Shown: positions 19,657 through 28,511 of the stretch, piece after piece
Layout of the letters: the number at the start of each line of letters is the position of its first letter
Position numbering within the stretch: position 1 is the stretch's first letter
Assembly: GCA_029547385.1 (NCBI GenBank)
Contig: JAKPPK010000170.1
Coordinates: forward strand, 1-50,535
Length of the DNA: 50,535 bases
Origin: Candidatus Latescibacterota bacterium
GTDB taxonomy: Bacteria; Latescibacterota; MWCZ01
Reading direction: 5' to 3'
The notes under the pieces: generated by a model
The model's database searches: none
What the model saw: the letters and a program-made list of their open reading frames with translations, nothing else
Told to the model about the DNA's origin: nothing
Program-made: the position numbers and the translations under genes

Positions 19657-21753
19657 ATGAGGCTCTCGCGCGGCAGCAGGATCCCGCTGATCGTCTTCGT
19701 GGCGGTTCACAGTTTCGCCGGGTGTGCGTACTATAACACGTTCTACAATGCGGAACGTGCGTTCGAAAAAGGTGAACGCGCCCGACAAAGCCGTGAAGCA
19801 CTGCAGCGGGCCGGGTCCCCCGCGACCCGGCGCCCTTCCCAGCAATCATCGTCGACGAGAGGGGCGGCAGTCGGCGATGAGCAATCGTACCGCACCGCAA
19901 TCGAAAAATCGGCAAAGGTGCTTGTCTATCATCCGCGAAGTCGGTATGTAGACGACGCGCTGCTGCTCATGGCGAAATCGTATTACCGTCTGGGGGAGTA
20001 CGCACCTTCGCTGCGAAAGTGCACCGAATTGTTGACCACGTTCCCGCAGAGTCCGCTGGCCCCGGAGGCGCGGTACTGGGAGGGAATGGCTCTGTGGCAG
20101 CTTGGAAGATACGAAGAGGCCACGGGTGTGCTCTCCCGCATCGCCGCCGATGACGGATCTCGGTTTCAGGGTGACGCAGCATTTGCTCTGGCGAAGCTGA
20201 AAAGGGAGCGGGGGTCTTCGGAGGAAGCGATTCCGCTGTACCGCGTCGCAGTACGTCGATCCACCGAACGGGAATTCCGCTACCGGGCCAGGATTGAACT
20301 GGCGGAATGCCTGATTGAGGCGGGGGGGATGTCGGAAGCTGTGGAGGTGTACCGCGAACTGAGCCGCCTCCCGCAGACTGCAGCAGAACGATATGAGAAC
20401 CTGCTTCGGATTGCGAGAACGCAACGTGCCATGGGAAATGCAGAAGCCGCGCTCGCAACCCTCGAACCGCTGATTCGGGATCAGCGTTTCACCGATCAGG
20501 TGCCGCGTACGAGACTGGAGATCGCAAGGACGAAAGAAGCGGCGGGCGAAATCGAAGCTGCTGTTCTTCTGTACCAGAAAGTCCTCGAAGATGCGGAACG
20601 TCTCAGTCCTCCGACAGTAACTCAAGCCGGTCCGCCCGGCAGCGGACCGGCCGGCGGGGCGGCACCGACGGGTGTGAGAACGCGGGAAACGGCGGAGGCA
20701 AATTTCCATCTGGGGCGTTTGCAGGAGCAGAGATTCCGCAATTTCGCGAACGCTGCAAGGCACTATGCCCTTGCGGCGCAGAGTCCGGATCAGGAAGTTG
20801 CCCTGCCCGCCAAACGGCGAATGGACGACATATCTCTCTGGACGCAGTTACACGCAACACTTGCTGATACCACTGATTCTGTGAGCGTCTCCAGGAAAGA
20901 CCGGGCGAGGTACTCCCTTGCGGAACATCACCTGCTGGCGATGGACGAACCGGATTCCGCGCTGTTTTACTTCGACGCGGTTGCCGAGCGAACGAGTGAT
21001 TCGGATCTCCGGATGCGCGCGCAGTACGCCTCCGGGTGGATCTGGCGGGAGGTGAAACGGGATACCGCCCGTTCAGATTCGATCTGGCAGAAATTGATTG
21101 CCGATACATCGCGGACGAGAAGCACGATGGAAATCAAAAGGGCCATTCACTCAGTTCAGGGCCGCCCCGAGCAGGAACCTGGGATCGACCTGTATCAGGA
21201 AGCCGAAGGGCGCTGGTTCGATTCCCTGGTCCGTTGCCCGCCGTACCCGCCGGATTCGGTAACGAAAGATTCTCTGTCCTCCGCAACATGGTGGGATGAG
21301 TGGCGAGCGTGCGAGAAACGAGAGTGTGAATCGGCGATCAAGGACTTCAATCGCCTTCTGGAGCTGTATCCGCAGGGAAATCTGGCGACTCGCGCACGGT
21401 TCATCCTCGGTTGGTACGCGGAAAATGTCCTTGAGGACACTGCTTCCGCGTACCGTTGGTACGATGCTGCGCGCGAAGATTCCGTGTTCGCGCCGGAAGT
21501 CGGGCGTGTTGCTGACCTCCTTTTGAAATCACGCGTAACCGGTGGAACGGGGCGTTCAGCAGAGACCGCAGGAATTCGAGATGCGGCAGCCGCTGACACA
21601 ACAGCCGAACTCGGACAACCCTTGGAGCCGCGTACACCCCGGGAACCGGGGCCAGAAGCTCCTCCACAACCGGAGGAGCGTTCTCTGGAGCGGCCGGAAC
21701 GAGTGGAACGCGTGCCGGTTCCACGGAGGGAGCCCCGCCGCCATGCTGAATAG
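19657..21753 (+). CDS. Large TPR-repeat lipoprotein, BamD/YfiO-like N-terminus
   Basis: Signal peptide with lipobox (VHSFAGC). Multiple TPR-like repeats (e.g. ALLLMAKSYYRLGEYAPSL, ARYWEGMALWQLGRYEEA). The C-terminal tail is rich in Pro/Arg/Glu. Confidence 0.7.
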   Translation: MRLSRGSRIPLIVFVAVHSFAGCAYYNTFYNAERAFEKGERARQSREALQRAGSPATRRPSQQSSSTRGAAVGDEQSYRTAIEKSAKVLVYHPRSRYVDDALLLMAKSYYRLGEYAPSLRKCTELLTTFPQSPLAPEARYWEGMALWQLGRYEEATGVLSRIAADDGSRFQGDAAFALAKLKRERGSSEEAIPLYRVAVRRSTEREFRYRARIELAECLIEAGGMSEAVEVYRELSRLPQTAAERYENLLRIARTQRAMGNAEAALATLEPLIRDQRFTDQVPRTRLEIARTKEAAGEIEAAVLLYQKVLEDAERLSPPTVTQAGPPGSGPAGGAAPTGVRTRETAEANFHLGRLQEQRFRNFANAARHYALAAQSPDQEVALPAKRRMDDISLWTQLHATLADTTDSVSVSRKDRARYSLAEHHLLAMDEPDSALFYFDAVAERTSDSDLRMRAQYASGWIWREVKRDTARSDSIWQKLIADTSRTRSTMEIKRAIHSVQGRPEQEPGIDLYQEAEGRWFDSLVRCPPYPPDSVTKDSLSSATWWDEWRACEKRECESAIKDFNRLLELYPQGNLATRARFILGWYAENVLEDTASAYRWYDAAREDSVFAPEVGRVADLLLKSRVTGGTGRSAETAGIRDAAAADTTAELGQPLEPRTPREPGPEAPPQPEERSLERPERVERVPVPRREPRRHAE

Positions 21754-22576
21754 CCCATTGCCTGCAACCGTGCCTGTGGACGAAGCTGCGCGCGTAACCG
21801 AACAGGCAGCCGTCGCTCCCGGCTTTTTCCGGTTGCGTTTCCACGCACCGCACATTGCGAGACACGCCGTTCCAGGGCAGTTCGTTCAGGTTCGAGTAAC
21901 GGATGACCTCGAGCCCTTTCTCCGCCGTCCGTTCAGTATTGGGGACGCTGACCCCTCACGCGGCTTGATCGAAATCGTGTATCACGTTGTGGGAAAGGGG
22001 AGTAGGCGACTCTCCGAACGGAAGGCGGGCGAAACGATCCCGCTGCTTGGTCCGCTGGGGAATGGATTCAGGCTGCCGGGCTGCGGCACCGTTGTTCTGG
22101 TGGGCGGCGGCGTTGGCATGCCGCCGGTATATTTCGCTGCGAAGTCAATCCGCGGATGCCACGTGTGCGTCATTCAAGGGGCGCGGTGCGCGGAGCGATT
22201 GCTGTACCGGGAGGAACTCTCGTCTCTCGGTATCCCGCACCGCGAGACAACGGAGGATGGGTCGGCAGGGTCACAGGGCCTTGTCACCGCAGCGTTGATC
22301 GAAACGCTCTCCGATTTTACGCCCGACGAACGCAAAGGGCCTGTCGAGATACTCGCGTGCGGACCACCTCCAATGCTGGCCGCGGTAGCCGAAATTGCGC
22401 GCGCGCACGGGGTGAGGTGCCAGGTATCGGTGGAAGAACGCATGGCGTGCGGGTTCGGCATCTGCATGGGATGTGCCGTGCAGAAGCGCACGGCAGGCAG
22501 CAAAGAATACGCGCTTGTGTGTGTTGATGGTCCGGTGTTCGACGCAACAGAGATCGCATTGGCTCCTTCGTCATGA
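21743..22576 (+). CDS. pyrK: Dihydroorotate dehydrogenase electron-transfer subunit-like flavoprotein (PyrK family)
   Basis: FAD-binding RRPFSI, NAD-binding GGGVGMPPVY, and a C-terminal Cys cluster (CGFGICMGCAV...CVDGPVF). ATG 21743 lies after GGAGGGAG and overlaps the upstream gene by 11 nt. The 21542 extension is the alternative frame of the TPR gene. Confidence 0.75.
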   Translation: MLNSPLPATVPVDEAARVTEQAAVAPGFFRLRFHAPHIARHAVPGQFVQVRVTDDLEPFLRRPFSIGDADPSRGLIEIVYHVVGKGSRRLSERKAGETIPLLGPLGNGFRLPGCGTVVLVGGGVGMPPVYFAAKSIRGCHVCVIQGARCAERLLYREELSSLGIPHRETTEDGSAGSQGLVTAALIETLSDFTPDERKGPVEILACGPPPMLAAVAEIARAHGVRCQVSVEERMACGFGICMGCAVQKRTAGSKEYALVCVDGPVFDATEIALAPSS

Positions 22577-23655
22577 ATCGAACAGGTCCCGCGAAAAAGA
22601 AGCCTCGTGTTCCGATTCCTCTCCCGGCAGAAAAGCCCTCCGAAGCCCTGTATCGCCTTTGTTCGAGCACAGGTGTAGCCCGGTTCGTTGAGTGGAAAAG
22701 GCGCAATGCCGGCGTGTTGTTTTTGAGGATCCGCCTCTGTCCATCAATTCGGAATGTGGAGCCAGACCGATGGGATTACGACTCTCTCCGGGATGCTCTA
22801 CGTCTCATAGGACGCTGGTACCGTTTCGTCTCAATGGACGAGGCAGTGTCGGCACTAGCAGGCAGGTCCCCACTCTTCAAAAGCAGCATTGCGGTTACCG
22901 TTTCGATCGGGAGCAGCCTGCCGGAAATAGATCTGGGGCGGCTCGCCATTGAATGTGACGTACCTCTCACCGTGTTTTTCTGTCCCGGCGCAGTGGAAGC
23001 GGGCGTCCACCCATGGTACTGTGTGCTGGCGTTCGCCCTGAATGGGCTTGACGGCCAGACGGTTACGGTCGGTGGCAGGAGGTGGCTTCTTTCCAACTAC
23101 GATTACCGACAGCTCGCCTTCGCGGACATCGCGCGACAGATTGCGAGTTTGCCGTTGACGGACCGCTACCGGTACACGGAAGAGCTGGTTTCCGGCTGGC
23201 GCGCAAAGCCCGCAGGTAGCGAGGTAATTACGTTTCGTGAGATGATGAGAATGATGCGTAGCAAAAGAATTACCTTCGGGGTTTCGGGGTATTCTGGAGA
23301 TTCGCTTATGCGTCTGCCTGTAGAACGCGCGCTGTACGAGATACGCGAAGGGTTTGCTCTTTACCGGAGGGTTTTCGGGGAGGAACCAGCCCATTTTGAG
23401 TACCCATGGGGAGACAGAAGCGTCTACCTGGAGGAATTCGTAAGGAATTCCGGGTACCGCTCGGGTACTCTGGGGCTTAATGCCATGGACGGGCTGAACC
23501 GTATTGGAGCGGATCCGTTCCGGCTGGCGGCACAAAATCTGAGGCCGCGAACGCCTGCTCGCATACGTGCGGACCTCGCGGGGGTGAGCAAGCAGTTACG
23601 CCCGTTGGAAAGATTCCTCGACGTTCGAACGCGAAGAGCGGATCGCGACTTCTGA
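22573..23655 (+). CDS. Polysaccharide deacetylase (NodB-homology)-like protein, canonical metal/catalytic motifs not evident
   Basis: ATGA overlap with pyrK. Overall layout and FEYPWGD / GVSGYSGDS segments resemble the NodB fold. The TFDDG and HxxxH positions appear substituted (TVSIGSS, GYSGD). This is a weak call. Confidence 0.45.
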   Translation: MNRTGPAKKKPRVPIPLPAEKPSEALYRLCSSTGVARFVEWKRRNAGVLFLRIRLCPSIRNVEPDRWDYDSLRDALRLIGRWYRFVSMDEAVSALAGRSPLFKSSIAVTVSIGSSLPEIDLGRLAIECDVPLTVFFCPGAVEAGVHPWYCVLAFALNGLDGQTVTVGGRRWLLSNYDYRQLAFADIARQIASLPLTDRYRYTEELVSGWRAKPAGSEVITFREMMRMMRSKRITFGVSGYSGDSLMRLPVERALYEIREGFALYRRVFGEEPAHFEYPWGDRSVYLEEFVRNSGYRSGTLGLNAMDGLNRIGADPFRLAAQNLRPRTPARIRADLAGVSKQLRPLERFLDVRTRRADRDF

Positions 23656-23665
23656 ACAATCCTGG

Positions 23666-24421
23666 TCATTGATGATGGAAACGCTGGTGTTCCCAGCAGC
23701 GTTCGTGCAACAACCGATTACGTTTCCGCGGCCACGGTCTGCTTCTCAATGGAGCCCCGCTGCGGTCGAACATCTCCCTCCTTGTGATTGCGACCAGAGC
23801 CGATTGCTCCTCGTTCAGGTCAAACAGCTTCTGAAGTACGAGAGCGGGAGAGGCCGTGTGCCCCTCTTCGTGCGCGATCGCCAGCCGAAGATAGACGGTT
23901 GTGATGCTGGCGGAACTTTCGGACCGCCAGTTGGTAACAGCTTTCTTAAGATCGCTTTCCCGGACGTGCCCTTTGGGACTGACCCTTTCTGCGAGCCATT
24001 CTCCTTGCTCATCGAACAGCTCGCGCAAAGCCTTCACGTCGCACTCGCGAAGCAGGGAGTGTGGGATCTCGAACGAGTATTCCGCGTAGAACGCGATCCG
24101 GTCCACAGGTTCGGCTTTCCTGTCTATCCGGTCGCACTGGACACACTGCAGGCCGTCAGCGAGACGGGAATTGATTCGCGATAACACGTCGTCCAGAGTG
24201 CTGTCGAGTTCTGCGTCGCAGTATTCCTGCATGCTGGAACAACCGGCGGGAAGCGGCGGGCCGAACCGCAGTTTTGGCGTGGTTCCGTCGGGGTTTCGTG
24301 CAAGCAGGCCGGCATCGGCGAGCGCCGACTGTATGAGCGGCATGATCTCCCGATATCCGAGAGCTGCGGCCGCGTATCCGACCGAGTAATGGAGTCGGCA
24401 AAACGCCGCGGTTCCGCGCAC
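23666..24421 (-). CDS. DUF2344 / TIGR03936-like 'radical SAM-linked' protein
   Basis: The N-terminal pattern matches my recollection of this family: R..F.......GYREIMPLIQSALADAGL....P.PKLRFGPPLPAGCSSMQEYCDAEL. No radical SAM gene is adjacent. Confidence 0.5.
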   Translation of the reverse strand: MRGTAAFCRLHYSVGYAAAALGYREIMPLIQSALADAGLLARNPDGTTPKLRFGPPLPAGCSSMQEYCDAELDSTLDDVLSRINSRLADGLQCVQCDRIDRKAEPVDRIAFYAEYSFEIPHSLLRECDVKALRELFDEQGEWLAERVSPKGHVRESDLKKAVTNWRSESSASITTVYLRLAIAHEEGHTASPALVLQKLFDLNEEQSALVAITRREMFDRSGAPLRSRPWPRKRNRLLHERCWEHQRFHHQ

Positions 24422-24494
24422 CCGCGGCGTGCAGCCGTTGAGGAGTCGGGTGGGTTCCAGTTCGAAGTGTCCTTCGGGGCGCGTCGCTCGGTGG

Positions 24495-25121
24495 TCAACG
24501 TTGTTCGCGCAGGCTCATTTCCCGCTGTTTCGCGGCCCTTCGCACGTGCACGATGCGTTCGCATGTGGTGAGGTTCGTGAGTATCGCCATTACCCATACC
24601 GCGGCGGCAACGTGCTGATAGGGAGTATTGAGAAACACGCCGAAGATCGATGCGGCGGCAAGAAAAATCACACGTTCCGGTCTCTGCATCAAACCGACTT
24701 TGCATTCGTAGTTCAGCCCTTCCGCGCGCGCCCGAACGTAGCTGACGAGAAGAGAACCGGTCAGCGCCGCCGCGCTCAGCACCGAGGTTATCATCCAGCC
24801 GATTCGTGCGTAATGGAAGGACAACGCGATTAGGACCACGGCCTCGCTGTATCTGTCGAGAACAGAATCGAGCAACGCTCCACCGTCGGATACTCCGCCA
24901 GTTTTGCGGGCAATCTGCCCGTCAATCATGTCCGTGGAGCTACCGAACAGCATCACAAGAGCGCCTTCGAAGAACATCCCTAAGGCATAGAACCCGGCCG
25001 CGATCGTGTTGAACACCAGACCCATGATTGTGAAGGTATCCGGGTGATACCCCCGACGAATGAAATGGTTCACGAGGGGATCGACGAAAACTTGAAACCC
25101 GAGCTTCAGGTCACTGAACAT
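24495..25121 (-). CDS. CDP-alcohol phosphatidyltransferase family protein
   Basis: The signature D(x)2DG(x)2AR(x)8G(x)3D(x)3D is present as DMIDGQIARKTGGVSDGGALLDSVLDRYSE. The protein has multiple TM segments. ATG 25121 is preferred over 25190 and overlaps the rsmI end by 11 nt. Confidence 0.8.
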   Translation of the reverse strand: MFSDLKLGFQVFVDPLVNHFIRRGYHPDTFTIMGLVFNTIAAGFYALGMFFEGALVMLFGSSTDMIDGQIARKTGGVSDGGALLDSVLDRYSEAVVLIALSFHYARIGWMITSVLSAAALTGSLLVSYVRARAEGLNYECKVGLMQRPERVIFLAAASIFGVFLNTPYQHVAAAVWVMAILTNLTTCERIVHVRRAAKQREMSLREQR

Positions 25122-25836
25122 GTTCTGATCCGCATTCCGCACGGGGCGTGCGTGTCTCCACACTCTCCGTGCCCGACACCACCAGTACAAACTCGCCGCG
25201 CAACACCTTATCGTCGCAGGATGAAAGAAGCGTTGAAAGAGTACCTCGCCGCGTCTCTTCGAATTTCTTGGTCAATTCCCTCGACAATGACGCTTTCCTG
25301 TCTCCAAGCACTTCAAGGGCATCGCGAAGAGTGCTGCGGACGGAATGGGGCGTCTCGTAAAAGATCATCGTCCTCGGTTCCGCCGCCAGCTCCTCGAGTT
25401 TTCGGCGGCGCGCACTCGATTTTTTGGGAAGATACCCTTCAAACGCGAAACGGTGGACGGGAAGACCTGAGACTACCAGTGCAAGGACGAATGCGGTTGG
25501 CCCGGGTACCGGGATGATTTCAATTCCCCGTTGAATGGCTGCCTGAATGATATGCCATCCCGGGTCCGCGATAACCGGCATCCCCGCATCGCTGACCACG
25601 GCGACGTCCTTACCTTCTTCCAGCGCCGAAAGGAGTTCTGGGAATTTGGTTCGTTCGTTGTGGTCGTGATAGCTCGTGAGAGGGCACGAAACGCCCAGTT
25701 CTTTGAGCAGAATACGCGTTCGGCGGGTGTCTTCCGCAGCGATAAGGGAAACGCTCGCAAGAACCGCGCGAACCCGGTCACTCACATCCCCGAGGTTCCC
25801 GATCGGTGTTCCCACAAGGTAAAGCCGACCGGTCAT
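25111..25836 (-). CDS. rsmI: 16S rRNA (cytidine1402-2'-O)-methyltransferase
   Basis: N-terminus GRLYLVGTPIGNLGDVSDRVRAVLASVSLIAAEDTRRT and tetrapyrrole-methylase-fold length are typical of RsmI. Confidence 0.9.
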   Translation of the reverse strand: MTGRLYLVGTPIGNLGDVSDRVRAVLASVSLIAAEDTRRTRILLKELGVSCPLTSYHDHNERTKFPELLSALEEGKDVAVVSDAGMPVIADPGWHIIQAAIQRGIEIIPVPGPTAFVLALVVSGLPVHRFAFEGYLPKKSSARRRKLEELAAEPRTMIFYETPHSVRSTLRDALEVLGDRKASLSRELTKKFEETRRGTLSTLLSSCDDKVLRGEFVLVVSGTESVETRTPRAECGSEHVQ

Positions 25837-25932
25837 AACCGGATCACCTTCTCACAGCGAAGAATAAGCAGAAAAAACGCCCCCGCGCACTCTGAAAAAG
25901 ATACTCATCCGGCGCGTACGCTGGCAACCCGA

Positions 25933-26601
25933 TTACTCTCGAGGGCTCAGAACGTGGGCATTTTCGGCAGGACGTACCGCTATCCTGGCATTGAGGAGGG
26001 ACTCACGGTCTGACCACGATGCGATTTGCCACGTGGAATCGCTCTTCGCGGTATCGAGTCTGAATGCGATGTCGAACCGCTGACGAACCTGGTAGCCCGT
26101 CTGAACTGCGTTGTTATCAGTGTTGGTGAAAATCAGGTCCCCGAGAACGCGCAATACGACCCAGTTTTCAGTAGCGTGCGCGCTGGAAATCTGGTAAAGC
26201 GCAGTTCCCGGCGGGTATGGCATGTCGGCTCCATACTCGATCCAACGGTTTTCAATTGCGAAATGCGCAGATATGTAGTCAAAGCTTCTGAAAAGGTTTC
26301 GGTAGACCTGTATTTCGCTCGCCCGGTCGAGTTCGAGATCGTTTTTGTCGGTCGGATCGTCGTACCGGTACACGTACCCGGCAAAAAGGAGATCAGCGTA
26401 CTCCTGAACAGATTCCGGGGTGTGACGATCGAAGATGTACGTCAGCATTTTGAGGACGCTGTCCGGGCGGGACAGCGTGACAGGTCGACTGACTCCGCCG
26501 GTGGCGATGGTATCATCAATGACGGCCGTCTGGTTCAGAAGGTCGCACCCGGCGAGGAGGCTCACGAAGAGCGCGCTCACAAAGAGGATTCCTCTGGACA
26601 C
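25933..26601 (-). CDS. Lipoprotein of unknown function (paralogue of 26623-27237)
   Basis: Signal peptide plus lipobox (LLAGC). I recognise no family. It shares segment order with the neighbouring lipoprotein (DSVLKML.. / DNVLAIL.., and C-terminal W-x-I/V-x-x-W-x-D). Confidence 0.6.
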   Translation of the reverse strand: MSRGILFVSALFVSLLAGCDLLNQTAVIDDTIATGGVSRPVTLSRPDSVLKMLTYIFDRHTPESVQEYADLLFAGYVYRYDDPTDKNDLELDRASEIQVYRNLFRSFDYISAHFAIENRWIEYGADMPYPPGTALYQISSAHATENWVVLRVLGDLIFTNTDNNAVQTGYQVRQRFDIAFRLDTAKSDSTWQIASWSDRESLLNARIAVRPAENAHVLSPRE

Positions 26602-26622
26602 CGGTTGCTCCTCAGCCCAACT

Positions 26623-27237
26623 TCATCCCGAACCGAGCAATCGGGCTCGTAACAGCCCCCAGGTATTGGACTCACCGGACACGACATAATCTCGCCATTC
26701 GCGCACGGCCCACGAACCTGCTTCCTGCGTCATTACGATCTCGACTCGACCGGTGTAGGATGCGGTGAGAGACGTGCGGGAGAACACATTGACCCGGTAC
26801 GTCGCGCCCACTGAGGCCCCTTCCACACGATGCTGTGTGAAGACGGAACTCCAATCGACGGTGACGCTGTCGCTGTTACTGAAAAGCACCGCCAACGCCA
26901 TTTCCTCCTGGACGGTGCCCCATTCAGCGGGAAACGTTCTGAAATCGGGACCCTGTATCTGAACCGGATCTGGCAGGAAACGGAAATCCGCGGTCAACCG
27001 GTCGAGGAATGCGCGACTGTCTTTTGCGCGCATGGAAAGTGACAGGATTGCTAGGACGTTGTCAGTGGTTGAGGGTGAGGGGTACTGAATCAGAGCACCG
27101 GTCGGGGATTCCGGTTCGCCCGTTTGGAACGGGTTGCATCCGCACATCGATCCCAGCACACCGACGACGCAACAACGCCGGGCAATGCCGAGAATTCGCT
27201 GGATTGTGGTGTTTCGCGCGTGGGATGCTGCTGTCAT
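26623..27237 (-). CDS. Lipoprotein of unknown function (paralogue of 25933-26601)
   Basis: Signal peptide plus lipobox (SMCGC). The gene lies 21 nt upstream of its paralogue on the same strand. Confidence 0.6.
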   Translation of the reverse strand: MTAASHARNTTIQRILGIARRCCVVGVLGSMCGCNPFQTGEPESPTGALIQYPSPSTTDNVLAILSLSMRAKDSRAFLDRLTADFRFLPDPVQIQGPDFRTFPAEWGTVQEEMALAVLFSNSDSVTVDWSSVFTQHRVEGASVGATYRVNVFSRTSLTASYTGRVEIVMTQEAGSWAVREWRDYVVSGESNTWGLLRARLLGSG

Positions 27238-27583
27238 TGCCGGCGACCACTTTCAGAACGTGGGAAACCGAAATCCCGGGCCCACTCTGCGGCGCGTCAG
27301 GTTTGAGGCTTCTTCTACGGAAGATAGTTCGTCTGACGGGAGTCATAAACCCCTCTCGCAGCGTCCCGAACCCATCGGTTATGCCGGGGAATACCTCTTC
27401 AACCCACCGCCGCAGGGTGTCCGGGCACCAAACCGCGTTTCCCGGTCGCGAAGAAATCGGTGGATTCTTGGGAAAAGCATTATTCCGACGTCGGCCTCCC
27501 CACGTTCAGGCGAGGATTGTCGGGGGCTGATCGGAATGTGAGCGTTACGGCTATTGTTTCGCCGAAGGGGGAACGGCGTTTCC

Positions 27584-28321
27584 TCAATCCGGGGCTGAGG
27601 CGGACTCTCTATCGGCCAGAACGCGGTGCAGTCGGGAGTAGCGTTCGGCCAGTTCAGGAGGAATCAGAAAAACTTCGACCGGGCGAGCGTGAAGAATGCG
27701 TTGCGAAGTGGTGAACGGGTTTTCCGTATGGCTGCTAAGCCCGACGAAGAAGTCCATTTTTCGGCCGCGTACCGCGCCACCAACGTCATCTGCGAAGAAC
27801 ACTCCGTCGTGAACAGACCCATCGGGCAGAACAAGTCCCTCAACGGCGGGTATGTAAAGGACGGACCCAAGCCTGACCTGTCTCCGGTCCACGGCGACGG
27901 ATCGGTACGGAATCAACGGAGTGGCCCGGCACGTCAGGCCGTACTGCGAACTGGTGACCCGGAAACGCGGTTCTCCGCCATGCCGACGGGAAAAAGTAAC
28001 AACGCGGCCATCCAGCAATCTGCCGCTTCCCTCAACGCAGAGCCGGCGGTAGAACCTCGGTGAAACCCGTGCAAGCACTTCACCGTGAACTCCCCTGACC
28101 GCTCTAGATTTCGCGGTTGCCGAAAACACGCTGTCGCGTTCGTCTACGGTCTGGAAAAAGGATGGGCTGAAGCGCCCCAGGGAGCGCACGTGTTTCTGAA
28201 GAACAATCCCGGTGGTTGCAGAACTGTCCGGAGGAGTTCCGGGGCCGGTGCATGCCGGATTGGCCCCCGACGTCTGTTCGGGAGCCCGTGCGGTCGAAAT
28301 CAGCACGAAGGCAGAAACCAC
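27584..28321 (-). CDS. 3D-domain (MltA-like) protein
   Basis: The C-terminal part (PYRSVAVDRRQVRLGSVLYIPAVEG...DGVFFADDVGGAVRGRKMDFFVG) matches the conserved-Asp pattern of the 3D domain found in MltA-type lytic transglycosylases. There is a short N-terminal hydrophobic segment. Confidence 0.6.
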   Translation of the reverse strand: MVSAFVLISTARAPEQTSGANPACTGPGTPPDSSATTGIVLQKHVRSLGRFSPSFFQTVDERDSVFSATAKSRAVRGVHGEVLARVSPRFYRRLCVEGSGRLLDGRVVTFSRRHGGEPRFRVTSSQYGLTCRATPLIPYRSVAVDRRQVRLGSVLYIPAVEGLVLPDGSVHDGVFFADDVGGAVRGRKMDFFVGLSSHTENPFTTSQRILHARPVEVFLIPPELAERYSRLHRVLADRESASAPD

Positions 28322-28511
28322 CCACGCGCAGAACCCGAACCGTCCGTCCAGCCGGCGTAGCGGGGACCTGAGCGATCTTCGGACAAAATCCCCCCGAAAA
28401 GACTCCCGCAGGGAGATAAGGCGTGTCAGCTTCGCATCTCCATTATGTGACCGATCCGTGCGCGCCGCGAGACAGGCCGGCGGTACCGAAAAAGTGCTGG
28501 TCGCCTGCGTG

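Noticed and set aside
21211-21235. A GGTTCGATTCC T-loop-like sequence that could indicate a tRNA.
   Set aside because: It lies inside the well-supported TPR lipoprotein CDS. The flanks do not form a T-stem, acceptor stem or anticodon arm.
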